From an uncultured Thermotogae bacterium (GTDB taxonomy: Bacteria > Bipolaricaulota > Bipolaricaulia > M55B111), in assembly GCA_964649445.1 (NCBI GenBank), contig CAZYPS010000001.1:1-55120 (forward strand): a stretch of 55,120 nucleotides of DNA, in the 5' to 3' direction. Positions 25,566-36,725 of the stretch are shown here, piece after piece. The notes beneath the pieces were generated by a model. It was not told where the DNA came from. It did no database searches and worked only from the letters and a program-made list of their open reading frames with translations. The translations under genes were made by a program, and so were the position numbers. How positions within the stretch are numbered: the first letter of the stretch is position 1; every line of letters starts with the position of its first letter.

Positions 25566-28400
25566 ATGAAAAAGATTTCTATAAAAGGTGCAGGCGAGCA
25601 CAACCTGAAAGATATAGACCTGGACATTCCCAGGGACAAATTGATTGTGATTTCCGGCCTGAGCGGATCGGGTAAGTCTTCCCTTGCTTTGGATACGATA
25701 TACGCCGAAGGCAGGCGGAGATATCTCGAGTCATTGTCCGCTTACGCCCGACGTTTCCTCGGTCAGATGGAGAAACCCGACGTGGATTTCATTGAAGGTC
25801 TTTCTCCCTCGATATCTATTGATCAAAAAACCACCGGGCAGAATCCGAGATCGACCGTAGGCACGGCAACGGAAATTTACGATTATCTAAGGCTACTCTA
25901 CGCTCACGTCGGAGTACCGCACTGTCCGAACTGTGGAAAGGGACTCTCCGCTCAAACGGCTGAAAGAATAATTGACCAGGTAATTGACCTGGAAGACGAA
26001 TCAAAAATTTACATCCTGGCGCCGGTGGTTCGGGGCAGAAAAGGGGAGTACCAGGATCTATTCCAGCAGTTGAGTGATCAGGGGTACCTTCGAGTCCGAG
26101 TAGACGGGAGTATAAGGGAGCTGGAAGAAGAAATAGAGCTGGAGAAATACGTGAAGCACGATATAGAAGTCGTAGTTGACAGGTTGTTAATAAAGGAGGG
26201 TATACGCTCCCGACTTGCGGACTCAGTGGAGACCGCTCTGGATCTCGCCGAAGGTAATCTGATCGTTAAGGTAAAAAACGGAGAAGAACTGACTTTCAGC
26301 GAAAAACAGGCATGTTCGGAGTGTGGGATAAGCGTACCTGAACTTACTCCCAGGATGTTTTCGTTTAATAGTCCTTACGGTGCCTGTCAGAAGTGTGACG
26401 GTCTCGGGAAGAAGGCGGAAGTGGATCCAGATCTCGTCCTTGATAGAAGTCTTTCAATAGAGGAAGGAGCTATTCTCCCGTGGCGAAAGAATCCGGGTAA
26501 GTGGCGGAAAGCTATTCTGTCTGCGTTCTGTAAGAAGCACGATATACCCAAAGATCAACCTCTCGAGGATCTTTCGGAGAAAAAAATTGATCTCCTCCTG
26601 TACGGAGACGAGGAGAAGGTGAGTTTCCTATATACAAACCGAAAGGGTCAGACGAAGAGGCACAAGAGAAAGTTCAAAGGGGTTATTGAAGAGCTGGAAA
26701 AGAAATATCGTGACTCAAGTTCCAACAGCAGCAGGAAGAGAATAGAGGAGTACATGGCAAAACTTCCTTGTCCTGAATGCGACGGTGGGCGGTTAAACCC
26801 AAAAAGTATGGCGGTTACTTTATCCGGCAAAAATATCAAAGAAGTAACCAGTCTGTCGATTGACAGGGCTTACGAGTTCTTCAATTCCCTGGAACTCAGT
26901 GAAAACGAGCAGTTGATTGCGGGAGAGATACTGGATGAGATCAAAGCCAGGCTGGGATTTCTGCTTGACGTGGGGCTGGATTACCTAACGCTGGACCGGG
27001 AGGCAGGAACTTTATCCGGCGGGGAAGCTCATCGGATAAAACTGGCGACCCAGATAGGATCCGGGTTAACGGGAGTTCTGTATATTCTGGATGAGCCGAC
27101 CGTGGGTTTACACCAGCATGACGTAGATCGACTTCTCGATACGCTAAAAGATCTCCGGGATATGGACAACACAGTGATAGTTGTCGAGCACGACAGAAAG
27201 ACGATAATGGAATCCGACTGGGTTGTAGAACTGGGACCCAAGGCCGGCGTAAACGGGGGAGAGGTAATTCATGAAGGGTCGCCGGAAGGGTTGGTTGCCA
27301 ACGAGGACTCGCTAACCGGACAGTATCTGAGAGGAGAGAAGGAGATTCCGATTCCGCGAAAACGCCGCCATTCTCCTGGCCAAAAGCTCTGGATCCGCGG
27401 CGCCAGGGAACACAATCTTCAGGACATCGATGTGGGTATACCGCTAGGTCTATTCAACTGCGTAACTGGTGTATCCGGTTCGGGGAAATCGACCCTGATA
27501 AATGATATCCTCTTCCGACAGCTCGAGCGGGAACTTCACAATAGTGGAGCAAAACCAGGAGAACATGACGAAGTCGAGGGAGTTGAGCACCTCGACAAGG
27601 TGATAGAAATAGATCAGTCACCGATAGGCCGAACTCCCCGGTCGAACCCGGCGACTTATATTAAAGTATTCAGGTATATCAGGGAACTCTTTGCCGAGAC
27701 CCCTGAAGCAAAGGCGAGAGGGTACGAAAAGGGTCGCTTTTCCTTTAACCGTAAAGGAGGTCGCTGTGAGGAGTGCAAAGGTCGAGGGCACAAAGAAATT
27801 GAAATGCACTTCTTGCCTGACGTTTCCGTTCCCTGCGAGGACTGTAATGGAAAACGTTACAATAAGGAGACACTACAGGTTACTTACAAAGGGAAAACTA
27901 TCGCCGACATCTTGGAGATGACGGTCGAAGAGGCACTGCACTTCTTTGCCAATCACGGAAAGATTAAGAATAAGCTGGAAACTTTGATGGATATAGGACT
28001 CGGTTACATGAAACTGGGTCAGCCTTCGACGACTCTTTCCGGAGGCGAAGCCCAGAGGATAAAACTTGCCCGGGAATTATCCCGAAGGAGGAAAGGGCAT
28101 ACGCTATACCTATTTGACGAACCGACTACAGGTCTACACGCCGAGGATATTCGAAAATTAATGGATGTCCTGCATCGGCTGGTGGACGATGAGAATACCG
28201 TGGTTGTAATTGAGCATAACCCTCACGTTATCAAAACCGCGGACTGGATAATCGATCTTGGTCCGCGTGGGGGCAAGCACGGAGGGGAATTGATCGCTGA
28301 AGGAACGCCCGAGGAAATAAGTAGTAGCGAGGAGTCGTTCACGGGGGATATACTCGAGGGTATATTCTCGGAAAAGAGAGAAGAGTTGCTGGCCAAATGA
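25566..28400 (+). CDS. uvrA: Excinuclease ABC subunit A
   Basis: 944 aa. Two ABC modules ([11 protein letters not shown] and [11 protein letters not shown]; LSGGEAHR and LSGGEAQR) and zinc-finger Cys clusters. Confidence 0.97.
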   Translation: MKKISIKGAGEHNLKDIDLDIPRDKLIVISGLSGSGKSSLALDTIYAEGRRRYLESLSAYARRFLGQMEKPDVDFIEGLSPSISIDQKTTGQNPRSTVGTATEIYDYLRLLYAHVGVPHCPNCGKGLSAQTAERIIDQVIDLEDESKIYILAPVVRGRKGEYQDLFQQLSDQGYLRVRVDGSIRELEEEIELEKYVKHDIEVVVDRLLIKEGIRSRLADSVETALDLAEGNLIVKVKNGEELTFSEKQACSECGISVPELTPRMFSFNSPYGACQKCDGLGKKAEVDPDLVLDRSLSIEEGAILPWRKNPGKWRKAILSAFCKKHDIPKDQPLEDLSEKKIDLLLYGDEEKVSFLYTNRKGQTKRHKRKFKGVIEELEKKYRDSSSNSSRKRIEEYMAKLPCPECDGGRLNPKSMAVTLSGKNIKEVTSLSIDRAYEFFNSLELSENEQLIAGEILDEIKARLGFLLDVGLDYLTLDREAGTLSGGEAHRIKLATQIGSGLTGVLYILDEPTVGLHQHDVDRLLDTLKDLRDMDNTVIVVEHDRKTIMESDWVVELGPKAGVNGGEVIHEGSPEGLVANEDSLTGQYLRGEKEIPIPRKRRHSPGQKLWIRGAREHNLQDIDVGIPLGLFNCVTGVSGSGKSTLINDILFRQLERELHNSGAKPGEHDEVEGVEHLDKVIEIDQSPIGRTPRSNPATYIKVFRYIRELFAETPEAKARGYEKGRFSFNRKGGRCEECKGRGHKEIEMHFLPDVSVPCEDCNGKRYNKETLQVTYKGKTIADILEMTVEEALHFFANHGKIKNKLETLMDIGLGYMKLGQPSTTLSGGEAQRIKLARELSRRRKGHTLYLFDEPTTGLHAEDIRKLMDVLHRLVDDENTVVVIEHNPHVIKTADWIIDLGPRGGKHGGELIAEGTPEEISSSEESFTGDILEGIFSEKREELLAK

Positions 28401-30277
28401 ACCTAGAAGAAAAAGTAAGGGATTTCCCGGAACAACCGGGAGTTTATATTATTCGCTCCGAGGGAAAAGTAATATACGTGGGAAAGTCCGCTTCGCTTAG
28501 GGACCGAGTGAAAAGTTACTTCAATTCGGGCAAAGCTGGTTCTGTTAAGACGAAGAACCTGAGAGAAGAGGCGGACGATGTGGATTACATAGTAGCTGAT
28601 TCGGAAGTAGAAGCCCTAATCCTGGAAGAAAACCTCATAAAAGAATACAGACCAAAATATAACGTTCTTCTCAAGGACAACAAACGGTATCCTTACATAA
28701 AACTCACCGACGAAAAGTTCCCCCAGCTTGAAGTTTCGCGTAAGCGAGGTGATGAATCGGGTGAACTCTACGGCCCATATATAGATTCCGGGGCAATGAG
28801 GAAGACTCTCGACACGATCGAAAAGATATTCCCGGTTCGGGACTGTAGCTGGAAACCTGAAGACGGTCATCGGCGTCCCTGTTTACGATACCATATAGAT
28901 CTCTGCCCTGCACCCTGTGCCGGCAAAGCGGACAGGGAAACTTACATGGAATCTATCGAAAAAATTCGGGACCTGCTCAAAGGGAAAATAGGCGAAGTAG
29001 CGGACCAGTTAAGGGAAAAGATGGAAATCGCTTCCGACAATAAGGATTTTGAGAAAGCCGCTGAATGGCGCGATAAGCTTGAGGCATTGAAAAAGATAAC
29101 CCGGGACCAGAACGTTCGGTTGTCAGATGAACTTGATAGAGACTTTATCGCTCTTTCGGAGAAGCAGGGTACGGAAGAAGATGACGAGGCCTGGGGGACG
29201 ATTCAGGTGTTTTTCGTTCGTGCTGGAAGGATAACCGGACAGGATAGTTTCGACCTGGAGTTTCCTTCGGATGTAGAGTCCTCCGCTATTCTCGGTGGGT
29301 TTATAAAAAAGTTTTATTCAAACCGAAGAGTAATACCGGCGGAGATCTACGTAGAAGAGGACCCCGAAGATGCTTCTACTATCGAAGAGTGGCTTGAGGA
29401 ATCCCGGTCGGGAAAGGTTGAGATAAAAATTCCCAAACGCGGTCAGAAGAAAAAGATCCTCGATATGGCGAGCCGAAACGCTCGTTACGGGCGTGGTGGA
29501 GGAAAAAGGGGTAAGTCCGAGTTCGAAGGAGAACCCGAAGGTAAAGGGCTCGAAGAAGTACAGGAGGTCCTTGACCTGCCAACCCCTCCCCATCGAATCG
29601 AGGGATACGACGTCTCAAATATTTCAGGTACGAATTCTGTCGGGTCCATGGTTGTATTTGAGGGGGGTAGATCGACCAATCGGAAGTACAGAAGATTCAG
29701 GATAAAAGAGAAGGAGGGGCCCGACGACTATCTGATGCTCCAGGAGGTACTCAGGAGAAGATTTAGACACGGACTTGATGCTAAAGACGGGGAGAAAGAT
29801 AGGGAATTCGACGAAAGTTTTTCCAGCTTTCCGGATCTGATTTTGATCGACGGGGGAAAGGGCCAGCTGAACGCGGTAACGAAAGTACTGGAATCTCTGA
29901 GTATGGCTAACATCCCCGTTATCGGTCTGGCAAAAGAATATGAAGAAGTATTCCGCCCCGGAGAAACTACTTCAGTAGGGTTTTCCCGTGATTCAGAAGG
30001 TCTCAAGCTGCTTCAGCGGGTCAGGGATGAAGCGCATCGCTTCGCTGTTAATTATCACAGAAGATTGAGACAGAAACGAACGGTTCGATCTTCGCTCGAC
30101 TCAATTAAGGGCATAGGTCCGAAGAGGAAAAAGGCCCTCTTAAATACTTTTGATTCAGTAGAAAGAGTTAGTGAAGCCACTCCTGAAGAATTGAAGAGCA
30201 TTTCCGAAATACCGGATAAAGTGGCAGAAAGAGTGGCGGAGTTTTTTTCGGAGCGCACGGAAGATAGCGCTAGCTAA
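28397..30277 (+). CDS. uvrC: Excinuclease ABC subunit C
   Basis: GIY-YIG N-terminus ([18 protein letters not shown]), a UVR domain, an Endo-V-like domain and a C-terminal HhH2. Its ATG overlaps the uvrA TGA (ATGA). Confidence 0.95.
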   Translation: MNLEEKVRDFPEQPGVYIIRSEGKVIYVGKSASLRDRVKSYFNSGKAGSVKTKNLREEADDVDYIVADSEVEALILEENLIKEYRPKYNVLLKDNKRYPYIKLTDEKFPQLEVSRKRGDESGELYGPYIDSGAMRKTLDTIEKIFPVRDCSWKPEDGHRRPCLRYHIDLCPAPCAGKADRETYMESIEKIRDLLKGKIGEVADQLREKMEIASDNKDFEKAAEWRDKLEALKKITRDQNVRLSDELDRDFIALSEKQGTEEDDEAWGTIQVFFVRAGRITGQDSFDLEFPSDVESSAILGGFIKKFYSNRRVIPAEIYVEEDPEDASTIEEWLEESRSGKVEIKIPKRGQKKKILDMASRNARYGRGGGKRGKSEFEGEPEGKGLEEVQEVLDLPTPPHRIEGYDVSNISGTNSVGSMVVFEGGRSTNRKYRRFRIKEKEGPDDYLMLQEVLRRRFRHGLDAKDGEKDREFDESFSSFPDLILIDGGKGQLNAVTKVLESLSMANIPVIGLAKEYEEVFRPGETTSVGFSRDSEGLKLLQRVRDEAHRFAVNYHRRLRQKRTVRSSLDSIKGIGPKRKKALLNTFDSVERVSEATPEELKSISEIPDKVAERVAEFFSERTEDSAS

Positions 30278-31397
30278 AATAATTCAAAACGTGGTCGACG
30301 ATCTTTCTCGATGCATTCCCCTGCCCAAAAGGGCTTACCTTTTTGACCATTTTTTGGTAACTTGATTCATCGCTGAGTAAATTAGTCGCCTCCGAGACGA
30401 TTCTGTCGGTATCCGTGCCGACCAGCTTTGCAGTACCTGCCTCCACGGCCTCAGGGCGCTCGGTCTTTTCTCGCGCGACGAGAACGGGAACTCCAAAGGA
30501 CGGGGCCTCTTCCTGAATGCCGCCGGAATCAGTAATTATCAGGTCCGATATTCTCATTAAACCGACAAATGCGAGATAGTCGATCGGCTCTACAAGGTTT
30601 ATCCTTTCCGTCTCACCGAGGATCTCGTGAACGGCATCCTGGACTTTCGGGTTCAGATGTACCGGAAAGACTACTTCTAGGTTGGGAAACCTTTCGGTTA
30701 TTTGTTTAATTGCTCGGGCAACTCTCTTAATTCCCCCGCCGAGGCTCTCTCTCCGGTGAGTGGTAACTAAGAGCAGCCTCTTCTTACCGCTTTCAAATCT
30801 TGTGATGTCAACAGGATAAGTTGGATGAACCACGCCTCGTTCAATAGATTCTTCGATTTTGAGCAGGGCGTCGATTACGGTATTTCCCGTCACGGAGATT
30901 GAATCGCTCGGAAAATTCTCTTTCAAAAGGTTATCTTTGGCACCTTCCGTCGGGGCGTAGAGAAGATCGGAAAGTGAGTCGGCTAATCTTCGGTTTATCT
31001 CTTCCGGGAACGGATTTGCCCTGTCCCCGCTCCGCAGGCCGGCTTCAACATGCCCCACGGTAGTCCGGTGGTAAAACCCTGTTAGAGCACCTACGAATGC
31101 AGTCGTAGTATCACCCTGAACGAATACGAGGTCGGGATCCTCGGCCTTAACTGTCTGAGATATTCCAGTTACCGCCCGCGACGTGAGGCCTGAAAGGCTC
31201 TGAGACTCCTCCATGAGTTCTAGATTGTAATCAACTGTTAGGTCAAATACTTCGAGAGCTCCAGTCAACATTTCGCGATGTTGACCCGATGAGCAAAGCA
31301 CGGACTGAATTTCTTCTCTTTCCTCAAGTTCGTTTAACAGGGGTGCCAGTTTTATCGCTTCCGGACGCGTACCGCACACGGTCAATATTTTTATCAT
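30270..31397 (-). CDS. wecB: UDP-N-acetylglucosamine 2-epimerase (non-hydrolysing)
   Basis: MIKILTVCGTRPEAIKLAPL..., HVEAGLRS and DSGGIQEEAP. I trimmed the start to the ATG at 31397, which matches family N-termini. Confidence 0.9.
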   Translation of the reverse strand: MIKILTVCGTRPEAIKLAPLLNELEEREEIQSVLCSSGQHREMLTGALEVFDLTVDYNLELMEESQSLSGLTSRAVTGISQTVKAEDPDLVFVQGDTTTAFVGALTGFYHRTTVGHVEAGLRSGDRANPFPEEINRRLADSLSDLLYAPTEGAKDNLLKENFPSDSISVTGNTVIDALLKIEESIERGVVHPTYPVDITRFESGKKRLLLVTTHRRESLGGGIKRVARAIKQITERFPNLEVVFPVHLNPKVQDAVHEILGETERINLVEPIDYLAFVGLMRISDLIITDSGGIQEEAPSFGVPVLVAREKTERPEAVEAGTAKLVGTDTDRIVSEATNLLSDESSYQKMVKKVSPFGQGNASRKIVDHVLNYFS

Positions 31398-31580
31398 TGT
31401 AATCGTAAAGGGTATTCGATTGATTGTATCTTTGCAATTATGGTCGTATAAACAGGAGATAGTCGGTCTTAAATAAGTCAGGAACAGGAAGCGTTTCGGC
31501 ATAAATAACATTTAAAGAAATAACCCCTTTTCCGGTCCAACTATTTAAAACTCGCTACATTTTTTGCAAAATGAACTACC

Positions 31581-32711
31581 ATGAACAGGAAGTCCAGTAG
31601 TTTCCGAACCGGACTCGTTTTTTTGATCGTTTTCTGGTTGATCGCATTTTCTCTCGTCGTCCTGCCTGCCGAGGTCACAGTCACGCCTCTACTCGACACG
31701 CCTAATAACCGAACTTATTACAACGAATTGCTGGATTCTCTGCGGGAGGCGGAGTCGTCGATCAGCGTGCTGATGGCCACAGCCAACTATTATCCCGAAT
31801 ATCCCGACGGACTCCAGAACAGGCTATATGACGCCTTAGTAGAGGCAGATGAACGCGGTGTAAATGTAAGAATAGTTCTTGATAAGAGTGATTGGTCGGA
31901 AGAGATAACCAAGACTAACCGGGAGACTGCTCGCTATCTTCGTGAAAGGGGGCTTGAAGTCAAATTCGACGATCCCGAGGTGACAACTCACGCGAAGACC
32001 ATAATAGTGGACGAAAAGGTAGTTTTTCTGGGTTCCAGTAACTGGAATTTCCCAACTTATACCGAGACCTATCAGGCCAATCTTAAACTTGTATCTGGTA
32101 AGATTGGTCGATTTTACGATCGATTTTTTGATGCGGTCTGGCTGGGCAAAGCCCCGAAGCGGTTGACGCTTCCAGAAATGTCAGGTGGAAAATCTATAGT
32201 TCCGCTAATTAGCACGGGGGAGAGCCGGGCCTATTTCGAGACCGCAAAACAACTGCTGAGAGAAGCCGAGGAGTCAATTGATCTAGTACTGTTTAAAATT
32301 ACCCGATACTCGAGTTTTGGTGATAGCAAATCCAACCTGTTAACGGAAGAACTGGTGAAGGCTCGGAACCGGGGAGTTGATGTGAGGATAGTTCTGGACG
32401 TAAATACCTGGTCGGAAGGTGTAAATCAGTCAAACCGGGAAACCACCCTCTGGCTTCTCGGCAAAGGGATCGGGAACGTGAAGTTCGATAGTCGGGAGTC
32501 CACCACGCACAGCAAAGTACTGATAATTGACGGGGAGACCGTGATGGTTGGCTCGAGCAACTGGTCTTACTATTCTCTTGACGAAAACCTTGAGGTGGAC
32601 GTGGTTATAAAAAAGTCACCCTCAGCGGCTAAACCGTTTGAGGTCTATTTCGAGGAAATCTGGAAGAGGGCCAATATCCCTTCCCGGGAGGAATTAAGCG
32701 GGGGTTACTGA
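31581..32711 (+). CDS. Membrane-anchored phospholipase D-superfamily protein (two HKD motifs)
   Basis: HAKTIIVDEKVVFLGSSNW and HSKVLIIDGETVMVGSSNW, with an N-terminal TM helix. Confidence 0.8.
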   Translation: MNRKSSSFRTGLVFLIVFWLIAFSLVVLPAEVTVTPLLDTPNNRTYYNELLDSLREAESSISVLMATANYYPEYPDGLQNRLYDALVEADERGVNVRIVLDKSDWSEEITKTNRETARYLRERGLEVKFDDPEVTTHAKTIIVDEKVVFLGSSNWNFPTYTETYQANLKLVSGKIGRFYDRFFDAVWLGKAPKRLTLPEMSGGKSIVPLISTGESRAYFETAKQLLREAEESIDLVLFKITRYSSFGDSKSNLLTEELVKARNRGVDVRIVLDVNTWSEGVNQSNRETTLWLLGKGIGNVKFDSRESTTHSKVLIIDGETVMVGSSNWSYYSLDENLEVDVVIKKSPSAAKPFEVYFEEIWKRANIPSREELSGGY

Positions 32712-32712
32712 G

Positions 32713-34860
32713 CTAGAATTCGCGGATAGATTTTTCTTCGAGCTGGAGGGCAATAATTTCCTTCACCTCCTCGAACCCGAGCGTTTTGCCGTCAGTATAT
32801 GGAACAGCTTCGTTTTTCGACCAAAATTCCATTGCTTTTTTCGCCTGAAGCTCGGTTATATAGTTGTTCAACGATAGGTCAAGCTCCCCCTCCTCTACGT
32901 CCCAGCGCGAAATCACTATTTTAACCGGAAGCTTATCTGAAAGCTCCAGGCTGCTGTCGCCTTCTATCCTGTAAGAACTCTCCGACAAACTTTCGCTGAG
33001 ATGTCCGGATAAGTTAAAAGTCCAGAAAGGTGAATCGAGAGGGACCCGGACGGTATAAGGTACCGTGAAGGTTTCCCCCGGAGAGATAGGACATGTAATT
33101 ATCCATTGGTCAGTAGAGGATTTGTAAGCAATATTATCGGTTTCGCCGGGAACGATTTCCCAGCTATCCGGTAGTTCTTCCTCAAGCCCTACCCCCATTA
33201 AGGTTCTGTTCCTCGGTTTTATTATGATCTCAACACCAAGCTCAATTACCTCTTCGTCTTCCGCTGCTGGAGTACTTTCGGCGTCCACGAATAGCAAGTT
33301 GTCGGGCAGGTTAGTTTTGATCTCTCGCGAAACGTCTGGGTTGGCCCGTTTTTCAAGGTTTAATTTGGAACTCGTGTCCACTCCTTTCTGGTGATAGAGC
33401 AAAGCTTTTTTGACGAATTCAAAGTTGATTTCTTTCCGATTGAGTCCGGGAAGGTTCTCTCCTTTTTGCCAGGCGGTAATAAGTCTTTCAACCTGCCGGA
33501 AGGTAATCCTGTTCGATAGATCGAAGTTAAGCTCCCTTTTGTCGATTTCGTAGTGAGATAGAGCTACCAGCGGATCTACTTCTTCTACCACGATCAGGGT
33601 CGAGTCACCGGCAATTTTTTCATCGAATTCCGGGCTCGCACTGGTAATTTCACCGCTGAGCTCTACTTTACGATCTATAGAATCAGCATCGAGCTGAGTT
33701 CGGGAAGGAGCCTTTATTTGATAGGAAATTCGTTTTTTGTCACCGGGTTCGAACCCGGTGGGTAGCAACCACTGATTTGTGGAGGGTTTGTATACAGCTT
33801 TTTCACTGTCTTCCGGAATTACCCGCCAGCCCCCGGGTAGCGATTCCTCTACCCCTATTCCGGAAACCTCAGTCCGGGCCGTGATTTCTATAGTGCAATT
33901 GACGTTTTTCCCAGGCAGGACTTTTCGGGCTGATAGATTTCTTTCAGCTTTAAACGGGGTCTTTCTAACTGTTACTTGTTTTCGTTTTTCTGCCTTATTT
34001 CCATGGTTATCGGTTACTCTAAGGGCGATTTCGTGACTCTCAGGATCCGTGAAAGTGTGTCGCATTGTAGGTTCGTGAGAAGCGTAAGTAAAATGTCCGT
34101 CTCCAGTTAAGTCCCATTCGTACTGGGTTATTGTTCCTTCTGGGGCTATTGAACTCGAACCATCCAAGATCAAAGTCAAACCGGGTTGGGATGATCTAGA
34201 GGTTGAGAAAACCGGTTTCGGTCTTTGCTCCCTTCCGACACCCTGCAATCTAATATCGACGCTCGGGTCCAGGGTCAATAGTTTGTGGTTCTCAGCATTA
34301 CCGGAAACTATCCGTATCTCGGTAATATTTTCCAGAGTGCCAAAATCAAGAGTGAGGTCAGGGTACTTCTCTAGATCTCTTATTATTGCTCCGTCGGCAA
34401 ATCCGGGACCCCAGGACCACTGGAAGTTCGCTACGGGAGGATTAAAGAAGTATTCGTCAGTTGAATCCATCTCAGAAGTATCGTCCTGGAGGAGAAGTTC
34501 AGCACTTTCCGACAGCCCCGATATAGTTAATTGGCCAGTCCCTCCATGGGAAGAGCCAGGACCCCCCATTATGACAATTAAACTGGTTCGGTTCGAGGGT
34601 GTTCGATAAGGGATTAAAAGACAGCTTTTTGGGCTTTCCAGTCCAGTATTGGGTTTGGCTTTATAATAATTGTAGAAATCGTTCGCCGGTATATTCCCCC
34701 AGAAGTATTCCAGCCTGGTGGAGGCTGTTTTGCCATTTTTGGTCTCCAGTACGAGGTGATCCTTTGCATTCGAATTGAAAGTGGATAGTAGAACAAGTGG
34801 GAGAACTACAAGAAAAATGGCCAGGAATTTAACAGTTTTGCTGAGGTGACATGAGGACAC
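32713..34860 (-). CDS. Large secreted protein with a PKD domain and two copies of a conserved C-terminal module
   Basis: Signal peptide. The PKD-like segment is ITQYEWDLTGDGHFTY...RVTDNHGN. An internal duplication is visible (LPGGWRVIPEDSEKAVYKPSTNQW versus LPDSWEIVPGETDNIAYKSSTDQW). The start is GTG behind AGGAGGA. Confidence 0.6.
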   Translation of the reverse strand: MSSCHLSKTVKFLAIFLVVLPLVLLSTFNSNAKDHLVLETKNGKTASTRLEYFWGNIPANDFYNYYKAKPNTGLESPKSCLLIPYRTPSNRTSLIVIMGGPGSSHGGTGQLTISGLSESAELLLQDDTSEMDSTDEYFFNPPVANFQWSWGPGFADGAIIRDLEKYPDLTLDFGTLENITEIRIVSGNAENHKLLTLDPSVDIRLQGVGREQRPKPVFSTSRSSQPGLTLILDGSSSIAPEGTITQYEWDLTGDGHFTYASHEPTMRHTFTDPESHEIALRVTDNHGNKAEKRKQVTVRKTPFKAERNLSARKVLPGKNVNCTIEITARTEVSGIGVEESLPGGWRVIPEDSEKAVYKPSTNQWLLPTGFEPGDKKRISYQIKAPSRTQLDADSIDRKVELSGEITSASPEFDEKIAGDSTLIVVEEVDPLVALSHYEIDKRELNFDLSNRITFRQVERLITAWQKGENLPGLNRKEINFEFVKKALLYHQKGVDTSSKLNLEKRANPDVSREIKTNLPDNLLFVDAESTPAAEDEEVIELGVEIIIKPRNRTLMGVGLEEELPDSWEIVPGETDNIAYKSSTDQWIITCPISPGETFTVPYTVRVPLDSPFWTFNLSGHLSESLSESSYRIEGDSSLELSDKLPVKIVISRWDVEEGELDLSLNNYITELQAKKAMEFWSKNEAVPYTDGKTLGFEEVKEIIALQLEEKSIREF

Positions 34861-35132
34861 TTTATCCTCCTTTTTTAAATCTATAGTATTGATATTTTCT
34901 CTAGTTTATAAAAAGGTAAAGGTTTCGTCAAGCAAAAAACTTGTTTGATAGTTGAATTGTGGAATTACTCTTTTTAGGTTAGTTTACTGATCTCCCGGAC
35001 ATTAATTCTCGATAGCGGTCGTGCCCTGGTAATAGGTATAGTATATTAGTATAATTTTTCTATATTGATATAGATAATAAAATTGTCTAAACATTAAACC
35101 TCCCTGTTACTAAGTACTAAGAGGTGAAGAAT

Positions 35133-36152
35133 ATGTATAGCAGAAAAGTCCAGATCACCGGTGGTTCAACTTTTATGGTTACCCTACCTAAAGCGTGGGC
35201 CGAAGGAATTGGCCTGGAGCCGGGGACAGAAGTCAATATGGTGAGTATAAAGCCAAACACGATGGTTCTGCAGCCCCAGACTCAGCTGGAAGAGAAGGAC
35301 AAAGTTGGTAAACTGGAGATAGGAAATAAAGAGGGCGCAGTTCTGACAAGGAGCATAATATCTCTCTATATAGCGGGTTACGAAGTTATTACAATTGAGG
35401 GAGAACAGATAACTTCTGGTCAGAGGGGCACGATCAGGAAGACTACACAGTCCCTAATTGGCCCTGAAATAGTAGAAGAATCTTCAAATCAAATAATAAT
35501 CCGTAACCTCTCGGACCTCTCCGAACTTTCGATAAACGAGACACTATCAAGAATATATCAGATATCTCGTACCATGTTCGAGGACTCCGTTCACGCCATG
35601 GTTGAAGGCAACCACGAACTTGCCAGGGATGTAGAAGACAGGGACGACGACGTGGATAGACTATACCTCGCTCTATCCCGCAGGTTCAGGGTTATGTTGT
35701 ATACTATAGTTGAACGAAATGGAAAAGAGGTAAATAGGGCTCGTTACTTCGATTATCAGACGGCCGCAAAACAGCTGGAGAGAATAGCGGATCACGCCAA
35801 AAAAATAGCCAGCATAGCTCCTGAACTGGAAGAAGGTTTGCCGAATGAAGTTAAAGAAGCGTTTAACAAGACAGCCGTTGAGGCTCTGTCCATAGTGGAC
35901 AAATCAGTGAAATCTCTTACCCGGAGAGACATCGATCTAGCAAATGAAGCCCTCTCTCAGGGGGAAGTTATAGAGGAAAATCTGTTTGATCTCGATAAAT
36001 CGTTGAGAAAACTTGACCCACAGAACGCTCAGTTGCTGGGCATAGTTTCCGATAGCATAGAAAGAGTGAAGGAATACGGAAAGAACATAGCGGAGACCGC
36101 TCTAAACTCTTCCTGTCCGTTGCCCGGTGAAGGTCCTGGCTGGGAGGCATAA
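35133..36152 (+). CDS. AbrB/SpoVT-domain plus PhoU-domain regulator (archaeal-type phosphate uptake regulator)
   Basis: The N-terminus KVQITGGSTFMVTLPKAWAEGIGL is an AbrB-like swapped hairpin. It is followed by two PhoU-like helical repeats (ERIADHAKKIA). I chose the ATG at 35133, 5 nt after GAGGTGA. Confidence 0.8.
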   Translation: MYSRKVQITGGSTFMVTLPKAWAEGIGLEPGTEVNMVSIKPNTMVLQPQTQLEEKDKVGKLEIGNKEGAVLTRSIISLYIAGYEVITIEGEQITSGQRGTIRKTTQSLIGPEIVEESSNQIIIRNLSDLSELSINETLSRIYQISRTMFEDSVHAMVEGNHELARDVEDRDDDVDRLYLALSRRFRVMLYTIVERNGKEVNRARYFDYQTAAKQLERIADHAKKIASIAPELEEGLPNEVKEAFNKTAVEALSIVDKSVKSLTRRDIDLANEALSQGEVIEENLFDLDKSLRKLDPQNAQLLGIVSDSIERVKEYGKNIAETALNSSCPLPGEGPGWEA

Positions 36153-36235
36153 CCGCCGCCAGACGGTTTTGCTGTTGCATTGTTCGGTCTCTATATCTTA
36201 CTTTTAATTACATCATATAACTTGGAGGTTAATAC

Positions 36236-36517
36236 ATGAACGAAGAAAAAGACAAAAGAGATAAGCAAGAGGAAAACCCAGAAGGTGAGGAAGAAACAGA
36301 GGAACAAGACCTAGAATCGAAGATGAACGAGATGGCAGGTGGCATGGGAGGAGGAATGGGTGGTTTAGGACAGATTATGAGCCAGATGGGTGGCATGGGA
36401 GGAGGAATGGGTGGACGATCGGGCCCTGATCCTCAAATGCTTAAGTCGATTCAGGAACTCCAGAAAAAGCTGGAAGAATTGGAAGAGAAAATTGACGAGA
36501 TAAACGAAAAACTTTAG
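36236..36517 (+). CDS. Small acidic protein with GGM repeats and a C-terminal coiled-coil-like tail
   Basis: 93 aa with a good SD (GGAGGT, 6 nt before ATG). The central segment is AGGMGGGMGGLGQIMSQMGGMGGGMGG. Confidence 0.55.
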   Translation: MNEEKDKRDKQEENPEGEEETEEQDLESKMNEMAGGMGGGMGGLGQIMSQMGGMGGGMGGRSGPDPQMLKSIQELQKKLEELEEKIDEINEKL

Positions 36518-36522
36518 GTTTT

Positions 36523-36598
36523 TGGTGGAGATGAGCGGACTCGAACCGCCGACCTCCGCGTTGCGAACGCGGCGCTCTCCCGACTGAGCTACATCCCC
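36523..36598 (-). tRNA. tRNA-Ala (anticodon CGC), CCA encoded
   Basis: The reverse complement folds as acceptor GGGGATG/CATCTCC with G3:U70, anticodon arm ccgcg-ttCGCaa-cgcgg and T arm ggcgg-ttcgagt-ccgct. Confidence 0.93.
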
Positions 36599-36725
36599 CT
36601 GATTTCTAAGCTATTATAAAAGAAAGGGTAATTTCCCTCAAGAGATATTTTTACCGGTAAAGCGACTGGAATTGCGCGTATTGATTAAACTTGACTAAAA
36701 TAGTATAGTTTTCTTGGTGGTAAAA

